DNA from: Marsupella aquatica
Lineage: Eukaryota > Plantae > Marchantiophyta
NCBI GenBank assembly: GCA_973895155.1
Contig: OZ316893.1
Location: forward strand, 21,436,955-21,500,954
Length of the DNA stretch: 64,000 bases
Direction: 5' to 3'
A program made the translations under genes and the position numbers. The notes below the pieces were generated by a model. It ran no database searches, was not told where the DNA came from, and saw nothing but the letters and a program-made list of their open reading frames with translations. Below, in pieces: positions 48,788-62,000 of the stretch. Positions within the stretch are counted from its first letter, which is position 1. Each line of letters starts with the position of its first letter.

Positions 48788-51700
48788 CTCCTCCCACCGC
48801 CTGTGTTCATGTCTAGCTATACAGCGCTGTATTGTTCAGATTGAAGATTGCGATCCATGACTGGGCTTGCTGCCAGCTGATCGATGAGACTTGAGTCCAT
48901 TGCTGATGGTTACCTTCCAAGGAATCCAATCATAGTAGAGCTCACCTCTTCAATCACTGGGGAGGGAAATCTGCTGGCTATGCTCGTTCATCAAACCTCC
49001 TGTGAAGTCGACGCATTTTCAGGAATTATTTGTCATATCGGCCGCCCTGCCAGAGATGTTAGTCCTCGGACTCTCAGCCGCCATGGAAAAGTCAGTAAAT
49101 CAGTAAATCAGTGCATGAGTGATGAGTCTATACTCGAAAATATTGCTCCCATGGACCACAACGTCGGTCTTTGACAACCCCCATGGACCACATTTCCTAA
49201 AATTTAAGTTTAATTGTAATAACTTGATGTTCAAAGATTTAAATATTTTTTAGTTTTGAGTATGTACTATAGTAGTAGGTAAGCTGAGCTTCTATAAAAG
49301 TTTAGGTGAATGTTTGGCCATTTTGGTTAAGTTGTTCTTCATGGAATGTGGAGGTCCAGAGTAAATTCTATAGATTAATTTTTACTGTGTTAACATGAAA
49401 TCTTAGGGCTCTTGTTTTTTTGTGTGTTGCTTCCTTCTCGAGTTGCCTTGCAGGTGAAAAGCTAAAACTCATCTTAACTCATAATCATCAAGTTATAAGC
49501 CCAAACTCCCATGTACCACCAAAATGTGGTTCAGGGGAGCATTGTGTCCAACATGGAGATCCATCTGGGTTTTACTTCTGTCTTCACTAAGGTTTGTAAA
49601 TAAATTGTAGAAAAGGACTCGGTGTTGCATTGTTTGTTTGCAATATGCATGGATGGACTTTCACAACTAAGATGGACCCCTGAATCTTTTCAGAAAACAT
49701 GTTCTAAACTGAAGATTAAAAAAGAATATGTTGGTCGAAGTCTAATGATGATTGTGGATGACCATCTTTCTAGCTTCTCAACACCAACTTTAGCTGATTA
49801 AAAAGGGCATCAAATGAGCTTCCCAAGAAAACATGTTTTAGCTTGAATCCAATCACATTTGGAAATGCTATAAGTACCAAAAGCAATATAGGTTTCAAGA
49901 AGTCCTGCTCCCTTTTCTTGTTCTTGTGACTCTAAAACGAGGAAAGTCCATCTCGGCTTCAACTAAGCAGTCTCTTGTTTTTTGTAAATGAGCAGGTGGG
50001 GCAGGTAGGCCTGAATAGGATGTCCATCCAGAATCTTTGAATTCGGATGGGATCTTTCTATGCTCTTGTATGAAAGCCAATGCACATTTCCACAAATCCC
50101 ATGCAAGTCTAGGATTCCTATTTGGGCAAAAGGTTTCTGATAGTGATCCAATCTAACCTTACACCTTTGTCATCTTTTGGATCATGTAATAGCTGATGGC
50201 AAAGTAAGAAACACTCTAGACCCATCCGACAGATTGTGATCGAGCACACCACATACAGAATGAAACATGAAAAACCATACTCCTCCAAAAGCATGCATGA
50301 TAGCTCTACCAAACCCAGCATTTTACATACAGGCCTTGTGGCTCGGTTTCTGTCCTTCCAGCCTTCTTTAGATAATGGGTGTATGTTGCATTACAGAGGG
50401 CCAAGGCTGTTGGTTTTTTGGCCTGTAGATAAATTTCTCTTTGTGACCCTCATGTGTGGTTCACTCCTAATCTATAGTAGGGTTTTCAGTTTACTGCTAA
50501 GTAGAGCTTTAGTTCCTTTGTCATTGCAACGGACTCACATTCCTTTTTGCTCTTTGGTCTTGCTCGGGTTTTCCGTTGTTTTCTCCTCTTTATTGGGTCT
50601 CTTGAATTACTAGGTACCCTGCCTTTGGGATTGTGTCTTCCAGTTTTGCTCTTTTTGTCGTTGGAATTGTATGATATTATATTTTTTAGATTTTCTATAT
50701 TGTCAAAAAATGGTTAAATGATTAATGCCCAAGATCCCTGGATGCACTCCGCTTGGTGGATTGCTAGAGATCCCTGGCCCTATTAGTGTTGTCCTTGTGT
50801 TGGGGCATGTCTCCCTCTGGGTGGCTTTTGTCCCGGGTTTGTCTGTGTTGTTTTCCCTTCCCTCTTAGCAGGGTGTTTTGACAGGGTTTTTGAAAAAAGG
50901 GGAAAAAAACACATTCATTGGGTTGGGCCTCTAACTTTGCTCCCACCCCAACTTGCTTTGCCCCCCAAAAAATGAATGCAGTCAGGAAAACAAAGGAATA
51001 TGCTCGGAGAAGGCAACATGCTCTGAGAAGGCACAGCCAAAGTCTTTAAGTATACAGTAAAGTCCTACGTAGAGGGCACTATGGGATATAATGCTCAGAA
51101 AAATTAGATCTTAAGTTTGAGGGGCTATTATTGGACATAATGCTCCAAAAACAAGGCCCGAGAGGTTTCACATTTTCCAAACTATATTAAAAGTAGAAGA
51201 GATTCTTCCTAAAGAGGTGATCAAGATACCAATGCACCCATAATGCCCTGAGCAATACAAAGGGAAAAAAACAGTAATTTAATGGCATTAAGACTAGAGG
51301 AGTAGTTTAACTTCCAAAAAGAAAAACCAGCAAGGGCGTCAAGTCTTTCACTGCCTCCAAAAAAATTGCTTGTGTGAGTCATATTTAGGGCTTTAGGTGT
51401 GCACCACTCCTCTCGTCGTTTGGGCCAGAGAAACCCTTGGCTGCTCTGATTCAAGAATTTCCAATCTCAGATGGCAAACAGCTTTCGATCATCGACAGAT
51501 TCCATTCCAGTGTCTCCAGCTCCCCTCTATTTTCCTTGACTGATTCTCTCCCACTCAAATCGACCTTCTTCTATAATATCATTCTTTCCAGATTGATTTC
51601 CTTCAATTCGTGAAATCGTTCGAGCTCACTGTAGCGTTTTAAGGGCTTCTGAGCTGGTGATTTCAGAGCATTGTCAGGGGGCCAATCTTGACCAAGGGCT

Positions 51701-52390
51701 GGGAATTGGCTTGCCATCCCCCTTCGACGCAGCTTGAAACAGGGGAGCGCTTCTAAAACTAGTTACGGAGCGTCTGATTTGGTCGACGAGAAGCCATAAT
51801 CATCCATGTAAGCACTTGATGTCCGTACTTTCGTTCGTGCTATTCCGCGACTCCTCCCATACCCTAGCAATTTGTTTACCTCTGCCTCGGATTTGAAAGC
51901 GCCGAGGTCACTTCATCTCCTCCCCGGATTTGGAATTTAAGTCGCCGAGGTCATTTTGTTTACCTCTGCCCCGGGTTTCAAACACAAATCGTCTTGTGCA
52001 CGCAATCCAATTCTGTCATCTTCCGTGTTTTTGGGTTTCGAAGACACGATTTATTTTGATTTTGGTAGCAATGCCCTTCGAGGCAATTCATTTTCCTCAT
52101 CGAGCTGAGGGCTCTGGTTGTCTCCAGACATTTTGTGTTCAGAGTTCCATCCAATGCTTTAAGTTCGGCTAACTTTGCCACCAAATGCCACGCGGGTTTG
52201 GTCTTTAGGGTTGTAAATCATTGAAAACACTGTTCTGCACGATTCAAGGGAGAGGCCAGTGTTCTAGCTTCACGACAGAAAATATCCTTCATTTCTACAT
52301 TGGTAACAGGAAGTTCTTATCAGTAGTGATTGATGGTGTAGGTCTCTGCTCATGTTATGAATTGCGGGGAATTGAGATATAGCAACAGAG

Positions 52391-52882
52391 ATGGCGTCTG
52401 AAGCAGAGATCGGCAATCCGCAAGACGGAGGAGGAGGGGGGCCATCATTCAGACCTCCTTCTTTCGAGGAGATTCAAGCGCAGGATATGTTCAATAACTG
52501 TGCTGTTCGGACAGTAGTGAGTGGCGTCATGGGTGGTGGTATGGGGGTTTTCATGGGAGCATTATTCGGAGCTTTGGAAACTCCCCTCAATGCAGACTCG
52601 ATGACTACCAGACAGCATCTTGTTCACTCGGCACGGATGATGGGTAGCAAGAGTTTTCAGATGGCGAAAACCTTCGCCGTGATGGGGGCTATATTCTCCG
52701 GAGCCGAGTGCATTATCGAGAAGGCTCGCGCAAAGCATGATACGACCAATACTGGTCTTGCTGGTTGTGTGACTGGGGGAGCTTTATCTGCCAGAGCTGG
52801 ACCACAGGCAGCATGTCTCGGATGTGCTGGATTCGCAGCATTCTCTGTTGTAATTGAAAAAGTGCTAGACCGTCATGATTGA
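52391..52882 (+). CDS. TIM22: Mitochondrial inner-membrane import translocase subunit Tim22 (Tim17/22/23 family)
   Basis: Contains EEIQAQDMFNNCAVRTVVSGVMGGGMG.FMG, AKTFAVMGAIFSGAECIIEKARAKHD and AGCVTGG..SARAGPQAACLGCAGFAAFS. Uninterrupted 163-aa ORF. Confidence 0.95.
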   Translation: MASEAEIGNPQDGGGGGPSFRPPSFEEIQAQDMFNNCAVRTVVSGVMGGGMGVFMGALFGALETPLNADSMTTRQHLVHSARMMGSKSFQMAKTFAVMGAIFSGAECIIEKARAKHDTTNTGLAGCVTGGALSARAGPQAACLGCAGFAAFSVVIEKVLDRHD

Positions 52883-55800
52883 GTTTTGCTTGGCAGTCAT
52901 ATGCCTCGGATGAATTTTGTAGGGTTTTAGGGTAGGAATATATCAGACCTCACAAATTTGTTTCTGGCCTCATATTCTTGAGGCGTAGGAAGTTGAGTCG
53001 AAGGTCTCTTGAGGACTTTTCATTTTTGATCTCATGGAGCCTTCATTTCTAGGCTTCACGAAGGTCATTGTTACCATGTGCATAGATGCAATAATTTGAC
53101 CAAATTGATATGATATTCACCACCTTACCTTCGGCAAGACTAACCCAGTGAGAAATTTGAGGACTTAATCATTAGTGAGGTGCTTTTTAAATCGTGCTTG
53201 CTTCGAGCTGGTCGTTGACGGCAGATTGGAATGAGACTTTTCCACATATCTGCCATCTCTTATGCGAGTTTCCCTTCTGAAGAGCTCGGTCTCTGGGTAC
53301 AGGTTCTCAAGGACTTGTTGGTCTCTTAAATACTGGAAGTGGCCAGGCAACAACACCCTCTAGGGCCCAGCAAACTTGTGCGTGCGTCTTGAGAACAGAG
53401 TCTTAAGATTTCCGGTTTTACTTCTGTTTGCCCTGCCAATGTTTTACCGAGATTTTGGCTAGAACTTCTTCCCTGAATGCTGCTCATAGAAGAAGGATAG
53501 TGGTGTTTTAAATGTATTTGGTCATATATGTCCTAGAGAAAACTTTAGGGTTATTGATTGTGAATCTGTAAGACAGACCTGTCACTTACCATCTTGGTCA
53601 TTTGTTCTGAACCCTAGTGCGGATTGAAGTGTGCTCTCCATCTCCTATCAAGAAAGTGTTCATGTTGATAAGAGTCAAAATTACTCCTACTTTAGTACTA
53701 CTTACAGCTCCCAGACAACATCCCTACTGTCTTTCCTTAATTCGATGAAATCTAGGCGCAAAGCCTTTGAGCTGGAGACTTATGCATGCTTACCATTCCT
53801 CTACTTTGAGTGCTGAGTGTCTGGACCAAAGCACAGTCTCATTAGGATTTTTCTGCTGTCAGAGGGGTTTTTGACTTGTTTACGGATAAACTGCATTTCC
53901 ATCTCAAAATAAACGTGGCTGGGATCCAGATCAACTGGAGAGGTGTTTGCTAAATCATCTTGATCACTCATAATTTGATTGTTCAACCTGTTTTCTCTCG
54001 TCATTGACAGTCAATTTAGGGTTGCCTGGTTTTAGTTTCTAAGAATATGTGTAAACTAGGAGAGCATGGGTAGCTGTGCTGAAGATGAGGAATCCCCAAG
54101 GTTAGCATGTTCACTTGTCAAACAAAGTTTGTCACATTATTGTTTGTTGGCAGGCTGGTAGATTTTGCTTGAGTTTTATCTGTCTTTTTGCATCAGGGCC
54201 AGTCAGTTTGATATCTGCTCCAGTCCCTTTGATTTCTCGCTTTCAAGTTTTGACTACAAGTGAAACTATCTGCCCCTTCAGAGCATTCCCACGGGGCTCC
54301 TCGACTCCCAATTACAGTGTTATTTGTAGTGATTCGAGGAAAACTCAAATTCCACCTCAATGACTAATTTGTGAATTTGTGAAACATATCTGGCTACTAC
54401 TATATATATTTCCTAACAGATCTGGCATCAGACATAGTTGTAATCAAATCTAATACAGTTGTGGCTCCTCCAATATGGGCTGAGAATTTAGTGAGCCGAA
54501 TTTTGTTTGATTGCTGCAGAGTTCGAGACAGTGAGTAGGGCCACACTACTTCCTTTCGTGAAAGACTACAATCTATGTCGCGCAAAAACATGTTCCAGAT
54601 CAAGCCATAGATCGAATGTTGTAGAGCAAAGGTATGTCAAAGGCACAAAGGTTTCTTAAATCCTACATAATTTTTGTCAACCACCTCCACAGGTGGTCCA
54701 AACATTTTTAGACTTTTGCTTTCACTGAAGGGATTTGCAATTATTGAACTTCATTACAAAAGGCAAGTGTTTGGTCCTGAGTCTATCTTTAGAGCAAAAA
54801 GAGGCTCTCCAGTTGGCTTCCCTGAGAACATTCCCTACTTCTTCTAAAGCCACTCTAAATAATGACAAAAGGAAAATGAAAAAGTCCAAGATGGGACAAA
54901 TCTAAATGGGAGATAGCATAGAATTCTTTTTTTTGTAAAATTTGCATTTGTCTTCATGCCTATTTGTATTCAACGAATGGGTAATCAGGCTGATATTACT
55001 AATAAATTGCAAAACCTCAGCTAGAGTTGAGGTATAGACTTCTAGACTGAAAACCTCCTCTAGCCAGTAACCCCTAAGGCCCCACCAAATTTCATGCCCA
55101 TGGAAAGACCTATGTGCTCTAAAATGAGCATGCATAATGATTTATGTATCACTAGCCTGAATGCAAATTTTTCGACTGACAATAAATTGGTAACAAAAAT
55201 TAGCATGCATGATCATTTTGACATACCATACATACTATTTTGCTCTCCATCCATTTGCATTTGGTGAGGCCATATACTCTCTAGAGGGTTCACTCTAGAT
55301 ATCTATCTAGACCCAACTCTGACTAGCTTATGTTAGCAAATTAATAATAAGATTTCTATTCACATGTCAAAAATGTGCATTTGGGCTCATAGATGTAGGT
55401 ACCAGCATTGTTTTTAGTGGCAAATTTGCCAAATTTCACCTCCCCAAAAATCTTTCGTTAGTATTTCTGTCTCATTAGCCAGAATCTAACGTCAGGAAAT
55501 TAATTGAATAGGGAGTATTTTGAGCATCCTTCTCCTTCACACCCCATACATTCTCCACTCTGGCGAAAAAGTAAAATCCTTAAAAAATACGCTGATAGGT
55601 ACCCACGGGAACCTTTGTTACTTTCAAAGATTTAGAAATAGTAACACAATATATCTCAAACTGCCAAAAAGCAGGGGTTCAGCAAGACAGGATCCCACCG
55701 GCCAAAAACCCAATCAAGGAAAAACAAGAAAAAGGTAAGAAAGCCAAAAGGCTAAAAGGCCAAAAGGACAAAATGCCAAAAAGACCAAGCGCCACCCCCT

Positions 55801-55890
55801 GGCAAGGAAAACAAAAGACACACTAAACTAAAGCTCACCCAGTAGCAGATTGAAGAACCTGATAAAGCTCAATTTGAAAGGTGAACAGCA

Positions 55891-56153
55891 TAAGAGGGTC
55901 AAACAAAGGAATCTATCTAGATGCCTGGAGTCCAACCTCCTCTCCTCTACACAATAATAAGAGGGTCAAACAAATGAATCTGACTAGATGCCTGGAGTCC
56001 AACCTCCTCGCTTCTCCTCTACACAATAATAAGAGGGTCAAACAAAGGAATCTGACTCTCTTCTCCTCTCCACTACACAATAATAAGAGGGTCAAACAAA
56101 AGAATCTGACTAGATGCCTAGAGTCCAACCTCCTCTCTTCTCCTCTACACAAT
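55891..56153. repeat. Tandem repeat, about 54-72 bp x4, upstream of the PRH-like gene
   Basis: TAAGAGGGTCAAACAAA.GAATCT at 55891, 55958, 56030 and 56084, with CTAGATGCCT.GAGTCCAACCTCCTC...CTACACAATA. Confidence 0.9.
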
Positions 56154-56328
56154 ACAAAAGAAAACACGGGACGTGATGTGGTACATGGGAGGAAACACGG
56201 GACGTGATGTGGTACATAAGGGACGAGAGAGACCGCGAGACACGGTGCGACAGACGGCGTGTATTGAGAAAGTCTCGTTGCTGTCGACCGTTTTCACCAC
56301 TTTCAGAGAAGAGTGCGACAGTGGCAGA

Positions 56329-56367
<39 letters not shown>

Positions 56368-57043
56368 ACTGTCAGTGGATTCTCGGTTGTTGTCGTTGGG
56401 GAAGCGAAGCGAAGCAAAGCAACGCAACGCAAGGAAACCCTAATAATCTCCTCCGCTTTCGTCAAACGACGGTCACGACGAGACTACAATCGACGGGGCG
56501 GGCGGGGCGGGGCGGAGGGAGGGACCGAGAGCGGAAGAGCGAAATATGGCTGCGGGGATGAATTTTAGCTGCGGGAGAGAAAGAGCGGAATAAAAGTATG
56601 CGGGGTTCGATGAATTTGAGCTTCGGGAGAGAGAGAGCGGAGCATGACTGCGGCCATTAATTTTAGCTGCGGTGGTGGGAGAGAAAGAGCGAAATAATAT
56701 GCCTGCGGTGATACATTTTGACCATCGGGAGCAGCGGCAGAGGTCCTGGTGGAACGATTCGTCGAAGGTCGTCTTTCGTTGTCGCTGGGCATTTGTTGGA
56801 ATTGTGTTATTTTTGGCAGCAGAACGAAGGATTGAACCAATTCCATTTACCTCTGGAAGGCTCGAATCAGATTGCTGGGAGTGTTTCTTTACTTCCTGCA
56901 CAATCTATTGAGGTCGGTCATGTGCTTGTTTTTGTTTTCGTGACACGACACCACACGACACGATACGACACGAGCGAGCTTGTTCAAGAGTGGTGAAGAG
57001 ACAGAGAGCACGCGCGTTGAGGAGGGGAAATCAAAGATCAAAG

Positions 57044-59053
57044 ATGCGTGCACCAGGATCGGAAACAACGGCTGTCGTCGTCGCTCTGCCCGCTCTTAGT
57101 GCGCAACCAGTGGACGAGACAGGGAAGAAAAAACCTCCACGGAGGCGAAAGAGTAGGAAGTCCACTTCCCTGAACGAGAATGGTCGACTATCCGGAAGAA
57201 AAGGTACCACAGCTTTCTCTTCTCCGATGGGAGCTCCTGAGCCGGATGAGAGGGCTGGAGATGAAGGGGTAGACAAGGATGCATCTGCGGCCGGACGACG
57301 ACGAAAACGGAGGCGCAGGTCCAGAAACAAGGAAGCGGGAGCAGCTGTCGACGAGAAGACGCGAATTTCAAGACGGGTCAAGACGATGGTAAATCGGATT
57401 CGTCAGGAACAGAATTTACTAGATGCGTACGCCGGCGAGGGGTGGAAAGGCAACGCACGGGAGAAGATCCGGCCAGAGAAGGAGCTCCAGAGGGCCGAAA
57501 CGCAAATCCTCAGATGCAAGCTCGCAATCCGTGACCTAATCCGCGACCTGGACAATCTCGCTCTCGAGGGATCGCTCAAGAAGGATGCATTCGACGCCGA
57601 AGGTCAGATATTCCATGACGATATTTTTTGCGCTAAGTGTAAGTCGCAGGAGACATTCACAGACAATGACATCATCCTCTGTGATGGGGCGTGTGATCGT
57701 GGATTTCACCAAAACTGTGTAGACCCGCCTCTGGCTACTGCCGACATACCACCGGGGGACGAGGGGTGGCTCTGTCCCGTTTGTGAATCTAAAGTCGAAT
57801 GCCTGAATTACATGAATGACTTCTTGGGGACTGACTACCAGGTGGAAGACAAATGGGAGAAGATCTTCGCCAGCGCTGCTGCTGACAGTGAACGTGCTGC
57901 GAATCCAGGATTGGGAGAGGATTGGCCATCTGAGGATTCTGATGACGATGACTATGATCCTGAAAGAAAGCCCGCCGTCCAAGATGCCCGCCTAGAGCAG
58001 GAGAATGGGGCGGAGAGCACTTTGGGGAGAGCCTTCTCTGAACTCAATTCATTAGATGGGTCGGGTAGTGAGCCCGAAGCGTCGTCTGGGTCTGGGTCTG
58101 GGTCTGGGACTGGGTCCGGGTCTGGGTCAGACGATAGTGATGACGAATCAGCGAGCTCAGGTTGTAGCGGAGATGAATTGGAGCCAAGTGTTCCCGAAAG
58201 GAGATCTCGTAGAGGGGATAGAGGTGTTGGAAATGGCCTTGATGCCGAACTCTTGGAACTTCCTCCACCTAGTCCGATCGCTATTGCGGGAGCTGAAGCT
58301 GAGGAGGTTGTGCCTGTTTTTGGGAAGAGGCAGCGCAATCCAGTGGACTATAAAAGGCTCCATAAGGAAATGTTTGGAGCCGATGATGACGACGTGTCGG
58401 AAGACGAGGAATGGGGACCAGGTGGAAGGCCGGGTAGACAAAGAGGGAAGCCTTCTGAAGGTGTGAACGGAGTAGGACGGAGAGCACCTGCCAGGCCGGC
58501 GGCGGTAGGCGATGAAGCGCAAGGTGCAGCACAGAGCAATTCTTCTGCCGGACAGCATGCCGATGAGCGACAGGATCATAGCGATAGAAAACAATCTGAA
58601 AATGGGAAGGCAAAAAGGTTATCGGACTCTGCAGCCAAAGTGCTACGTCAAGAATTTCAATCTGGGACTAATTTTCCCTCCCGGGCACATAAAGAACATT
58701 TGGCTCAAAGACTGGACATATCCCTCAAGCAGGTTTCTGCATGGTTCAAAACTGCTAGACATGCCGATAAGTATGGAATTCCCCGTAACAGAAACAGGAA
58801 AGCGGGTGCCGCAGCTAATGGGAACTCGATAGGTAGGGAAGGGGTAGACGAGTTAGAGATCACGAATGGTCTACTTGTAGAGAAACTAGATGAGGTACAG
58901 CTGAAGCTTCATTATCTTAAGCAAACTTTAGAAGCCATGGTGGCGAACCAGGACGTGGGTTCACAAGCAAATGGGAAACATATTGTGTATGTTCCCGTGG
59001 CTGAGGTGGTTGAGAAGGATATTGAGATGGCAGTTGAGAATGGGACGGTTTAA
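57044..59053 (+). CDS. PRH: Pathogenesis-related homeodomain protein (PRH/HAT3.1 family: PHD finger plus homeodomain)
   Basis: Contains EQNLLDAYAGEGWKG..REKIRPEKELQRA, the PHD CAKC...ILCDGACDRGFHQNC...EGWLCPVC, WPSEDSDDDDYDP, KRQRNPVDYKRL and the homeodomain FPSR..KE.LA..L....QVSAWFKTAR. ATG at 57044; the ORF is open from 56990. No introns. Confidence 0.92.
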   Translation: MRAPGSETTAVVVALPALSAQPVDETGKKKPPRRRKSRKSTSLNENGRLSGRKGTTAFSSPMGAPEPDERAGDEGVDKDASAAGRRRKRRRRSRNKEAGAAVDEKTRISRRVKTMVNRIRQEQNLLDAYAGEGWKGNAREKIRPEKELQRAETQILRCKLAIRDLIRDLDNLALEGSLKKDAFDAEGQIFHDDIFCAKCKSQETFTDNDIILCDGACDRGFHQNCVDPPLATADIPPGDEGWLCPVCESKVECLNYMNDFLGTDYQVEDKWEKIFASAAADSERAANPGLGEDWPSEDSDDDDYDPERKPAVQDARLEQENGAESTLGRAFSELNSLDGSGSEPEASSGSGSGSGTGSGSGSDDSDDESASSGCSGDELEPSVPERRSRRGDRGVGNGLDAELLELPPPSPIAIAGAEAEEVVPVFGKRQRNPVDYKRLHKEMFGADDDDVSEDEEWGPGGRPGRQRGKPSEGVNGVGRRAPARPAAVGDEAQGAAQSNSSAGQHADERQDHSDRKQSENGKAKRLSDSAAKVLRQEFQSGTNFPSRAHKEHLAQRLDISLKQVSAWFKTARHADKYGIPRNRNRKAGAAANGNSIGREGVDELEITNGLLVEKLDEVQLKLHYLKQTLEAMVANQDVGSQANGKHIVYVPVAEVVEKDIEMAVENGTV

Positions 59054-62000
59054 AGATCATGATGGCATTTTGATTGGCTGGAAGCAGTGGTCATGATGGA
59101 ATGCGATGTACTGTGGGCAATTTGTCTTGCAATATGACATTGAAAGATATCAGATGCGACCGGTCTGCGAGAGGGCCCGAGAATCATTCGCGGTTTGCCA
59201 GAATTGACCCCGGTTGGTTTTTGATGCCGTTTACACCAAATGTAATGAGCAGAAGGACCAAACATGGAGTGACTTGTGTAAGGACCCATACAAGTGAGCA
59301 CCTTGGAGGTCTTGGTGGAAGCGGAATTTGGTTTCCCAACTAAATGCCCAAACAAGATTTTTAGTAGGGCCGAGGCAACTGAGAGTTTGGATGCTCACTC
59401 AGAGGTTTTGGTGGAAGTGTCAAGGGTACAAATGATTTTTCTTATGACGCAGAAGCGTGCTACCCTCGAGGCCATTTCTGTTGCGAACCATTTTCTTCTG
59501 GAGGGGATTATACATGGCTTTCCAGGTGGGAAATGCAACGTGGTTCTTTTTTATTTCCTCCCCTGTGCTTGACGGCTTAGGTCACACGAGAAGATCTGTG
59601 TACGTGGATGCGACATTTTTGCCACTAATTCGCGAGCTCATTTAATTGAGAATGATAACTTCCATGATTAACCGTGTCATCAAGGTTGCACGATTTTAGG
59701 GTAATGGAAATAATCAGTCAATCAGAGAATGTTTTGACCACTGATCAATGGCATATTGCATGGGAGAGAGATTGCAGGCATGCAGCAGAGAACAGTTCCA
59801 AAGTCACTCACTTCTTCCAGCCAACTATATATTTTGTTTCACTGCCATGTCGGGATGTGTGTGAACATCCCGATTCCACACTACCACATTCTTGCCGCGA
59901 CCGATTGCAGTTCGGTGTATCAGGTCGCAAATATTGGACCTCTCAACATATTTCCTTGGCTTCATCAAACTAGTGTGAAGTCTATTGTCCAAGTTGAATT
60001 GGAGGAATTGTTAATGTGCCCTATTGGCATGCAAAGAGGAGAATAGACATGTAGAGGTCATCCCTCTACATAGAAAGAGATGGCCGTTATAGTCTTAGCT
60101 TCATTCCCTCGAAGTCTTTATAGTGGCTTAGTCATCCTAGGATACCTTCGTGGTTTCACCTCATGAATACCTTCTGTGTAATCCCTCAGTTACCTTTGAT
60201 AGTTGAAGTGGACATTCCGCAATCTGTGGAAATGACGTTGGTGGCTTTTGCACTTGGGGTATTTGACATGAAAGATTTAGCAGCTTGATGAGGGTGTTCG
60301 GTTTTTAGTGTGCCCTGTTTCTCTTACATTCCCTTCCGAGAAAATTCATGCCATCGACGTGTAGACTAGAGTTTCTTGCTCGTGAGGAGGGTGGCAGGAA
60401 GGACTCGAAACGAGATTTAGAGTTTTGGCGAGAAACCTGCAAGGGGAATTCGAACTGCCGAAGGCATCAGAACGTTTCCAAGGTTTTAGTGCATTTGTTT
60501 GAGGAACGATTCGTGAGAAAGCTCAATACCCTATGGACTCTAAGGTGTCGACAGAGTAGATGGATTTGAAGCATCTTCACAGTTGAGGAGATAAACAGGG
60601 AAGTGCATGTGCGAGATTTCCAAGAAGTAGTGCCAAGGTAAATCTATCAAGGAAGAATTCAATTTCTTGGTAAAGCTGATGGGTGTTTGAGAGGGAGGAT
60701 ACTGTTTACCCTGCGCACTCAATGTCTGAAAAAGAAATCGATCTGTACTCAAGGGACATAAGAGCAACTAAGAATATCTATGCACTACAGGCATGGAATG
60801 CATTTTTCCTCCGGATGTAGGTATGAGCTTGAGTCAGACGGTTTGTACTGGAGAACAAGAAGCATAGAAAGAGTAGTACAGGTGATATGGCCGGCAGGAT
60901 TTTAAGGAAGTTCACACCTGTGGATTCCTGAGTAAGCCCCATGCCCAGCATTAGGAATTTTGTTGGGATAGATGAACAGTACCATGATTTGGCAAGGTGT
61001 GAAGGACATCAACTTCATATCATCCAACGCCTAAACTACTGACATACCCTAAAATCCATCATCCGCATTCCCACATCCCAATTTCCAAGAGATTAGTTTC
61101 CAAGTTTTAACTTGTGATGAAAGCAGAAACGTGACGTGACAAGATGGTTCAAACTTTTTCCTGGGAAAGTTGCTTGGTGGGTCCAGTGTGACAAACCCAG
61201 CTTGGTGAGGTAAACTTTTGCAATATTTTATGGTGGGTCCCCTTGGTGGGCTATGCATTTTCAATTCTATTTTTGGTGGATCGTCGCGAGGTTCTTGTTT
61301 GGTGCAGGGTTGCAGCTCACTGCATACTCTCCCCTCCTGCTGGCATGACAAATAGAAGTGAGGGGACCTGGAACAGAAAAATGTTGCAAGGTAGAGGCAA
61401 CCTATGTTTGGGCAGGCTTTGAATTTTATTGGGAGGACAGGAGAGGGCTTTGCTAGGCAGCCCAGGCCTCTCCCTCTTCTCACTCACTTACTGCTGGTTA
61501 GAAGCACTGTCTGCATCGCCCAAGAACTCATTCCTCACCAAGGAAGCAGCGCATAAGTTCAACGTCAAAAGTGGTGGTCCGTTAGAGCATTTACTTCAAA
61601 CTGCCCCACTTCTTGACGCCAGAAAATCAAAGAAGAAATAAATTAAAAGGATCCAAACACTTGACATCATAAGATTCTGGCTACCCTCTGGCTGTTTACC
61701 ATTCATTTGAGCATGAGGGTTCCTTGTATTTTGACCCGCTTAGTCCAGCCACCGGTGGGGCTCGCAGGGGTCTCACCCCCCCATCACATGTGAAGTTTAG
61801 TAGTCTAGAACACTTTAAAACATAAGAAATTCTCTGAACTATTTATTTACCCTTGTAGTTTTGGGAAAACCCTATATTTTCTTATTATGATCAAAATTGA
61901 ATTAAAGAAACCCTAATGTTCTGCCACAAGAAGTTTAAGTCTTTCATTGGAACCAAACAAATAATGTTATAATTCTTCCCAGGTGAAATAATGTTGCATT

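Noticed and set aside
49540-50620. Possible degenerate LINE 3' fragments (also about 2400-3130 and 28100-28950)
   Set aside because: Only faint Trp/Cys-rich fragments are visible, with no RT or endonuclease motif that I can support by eye.
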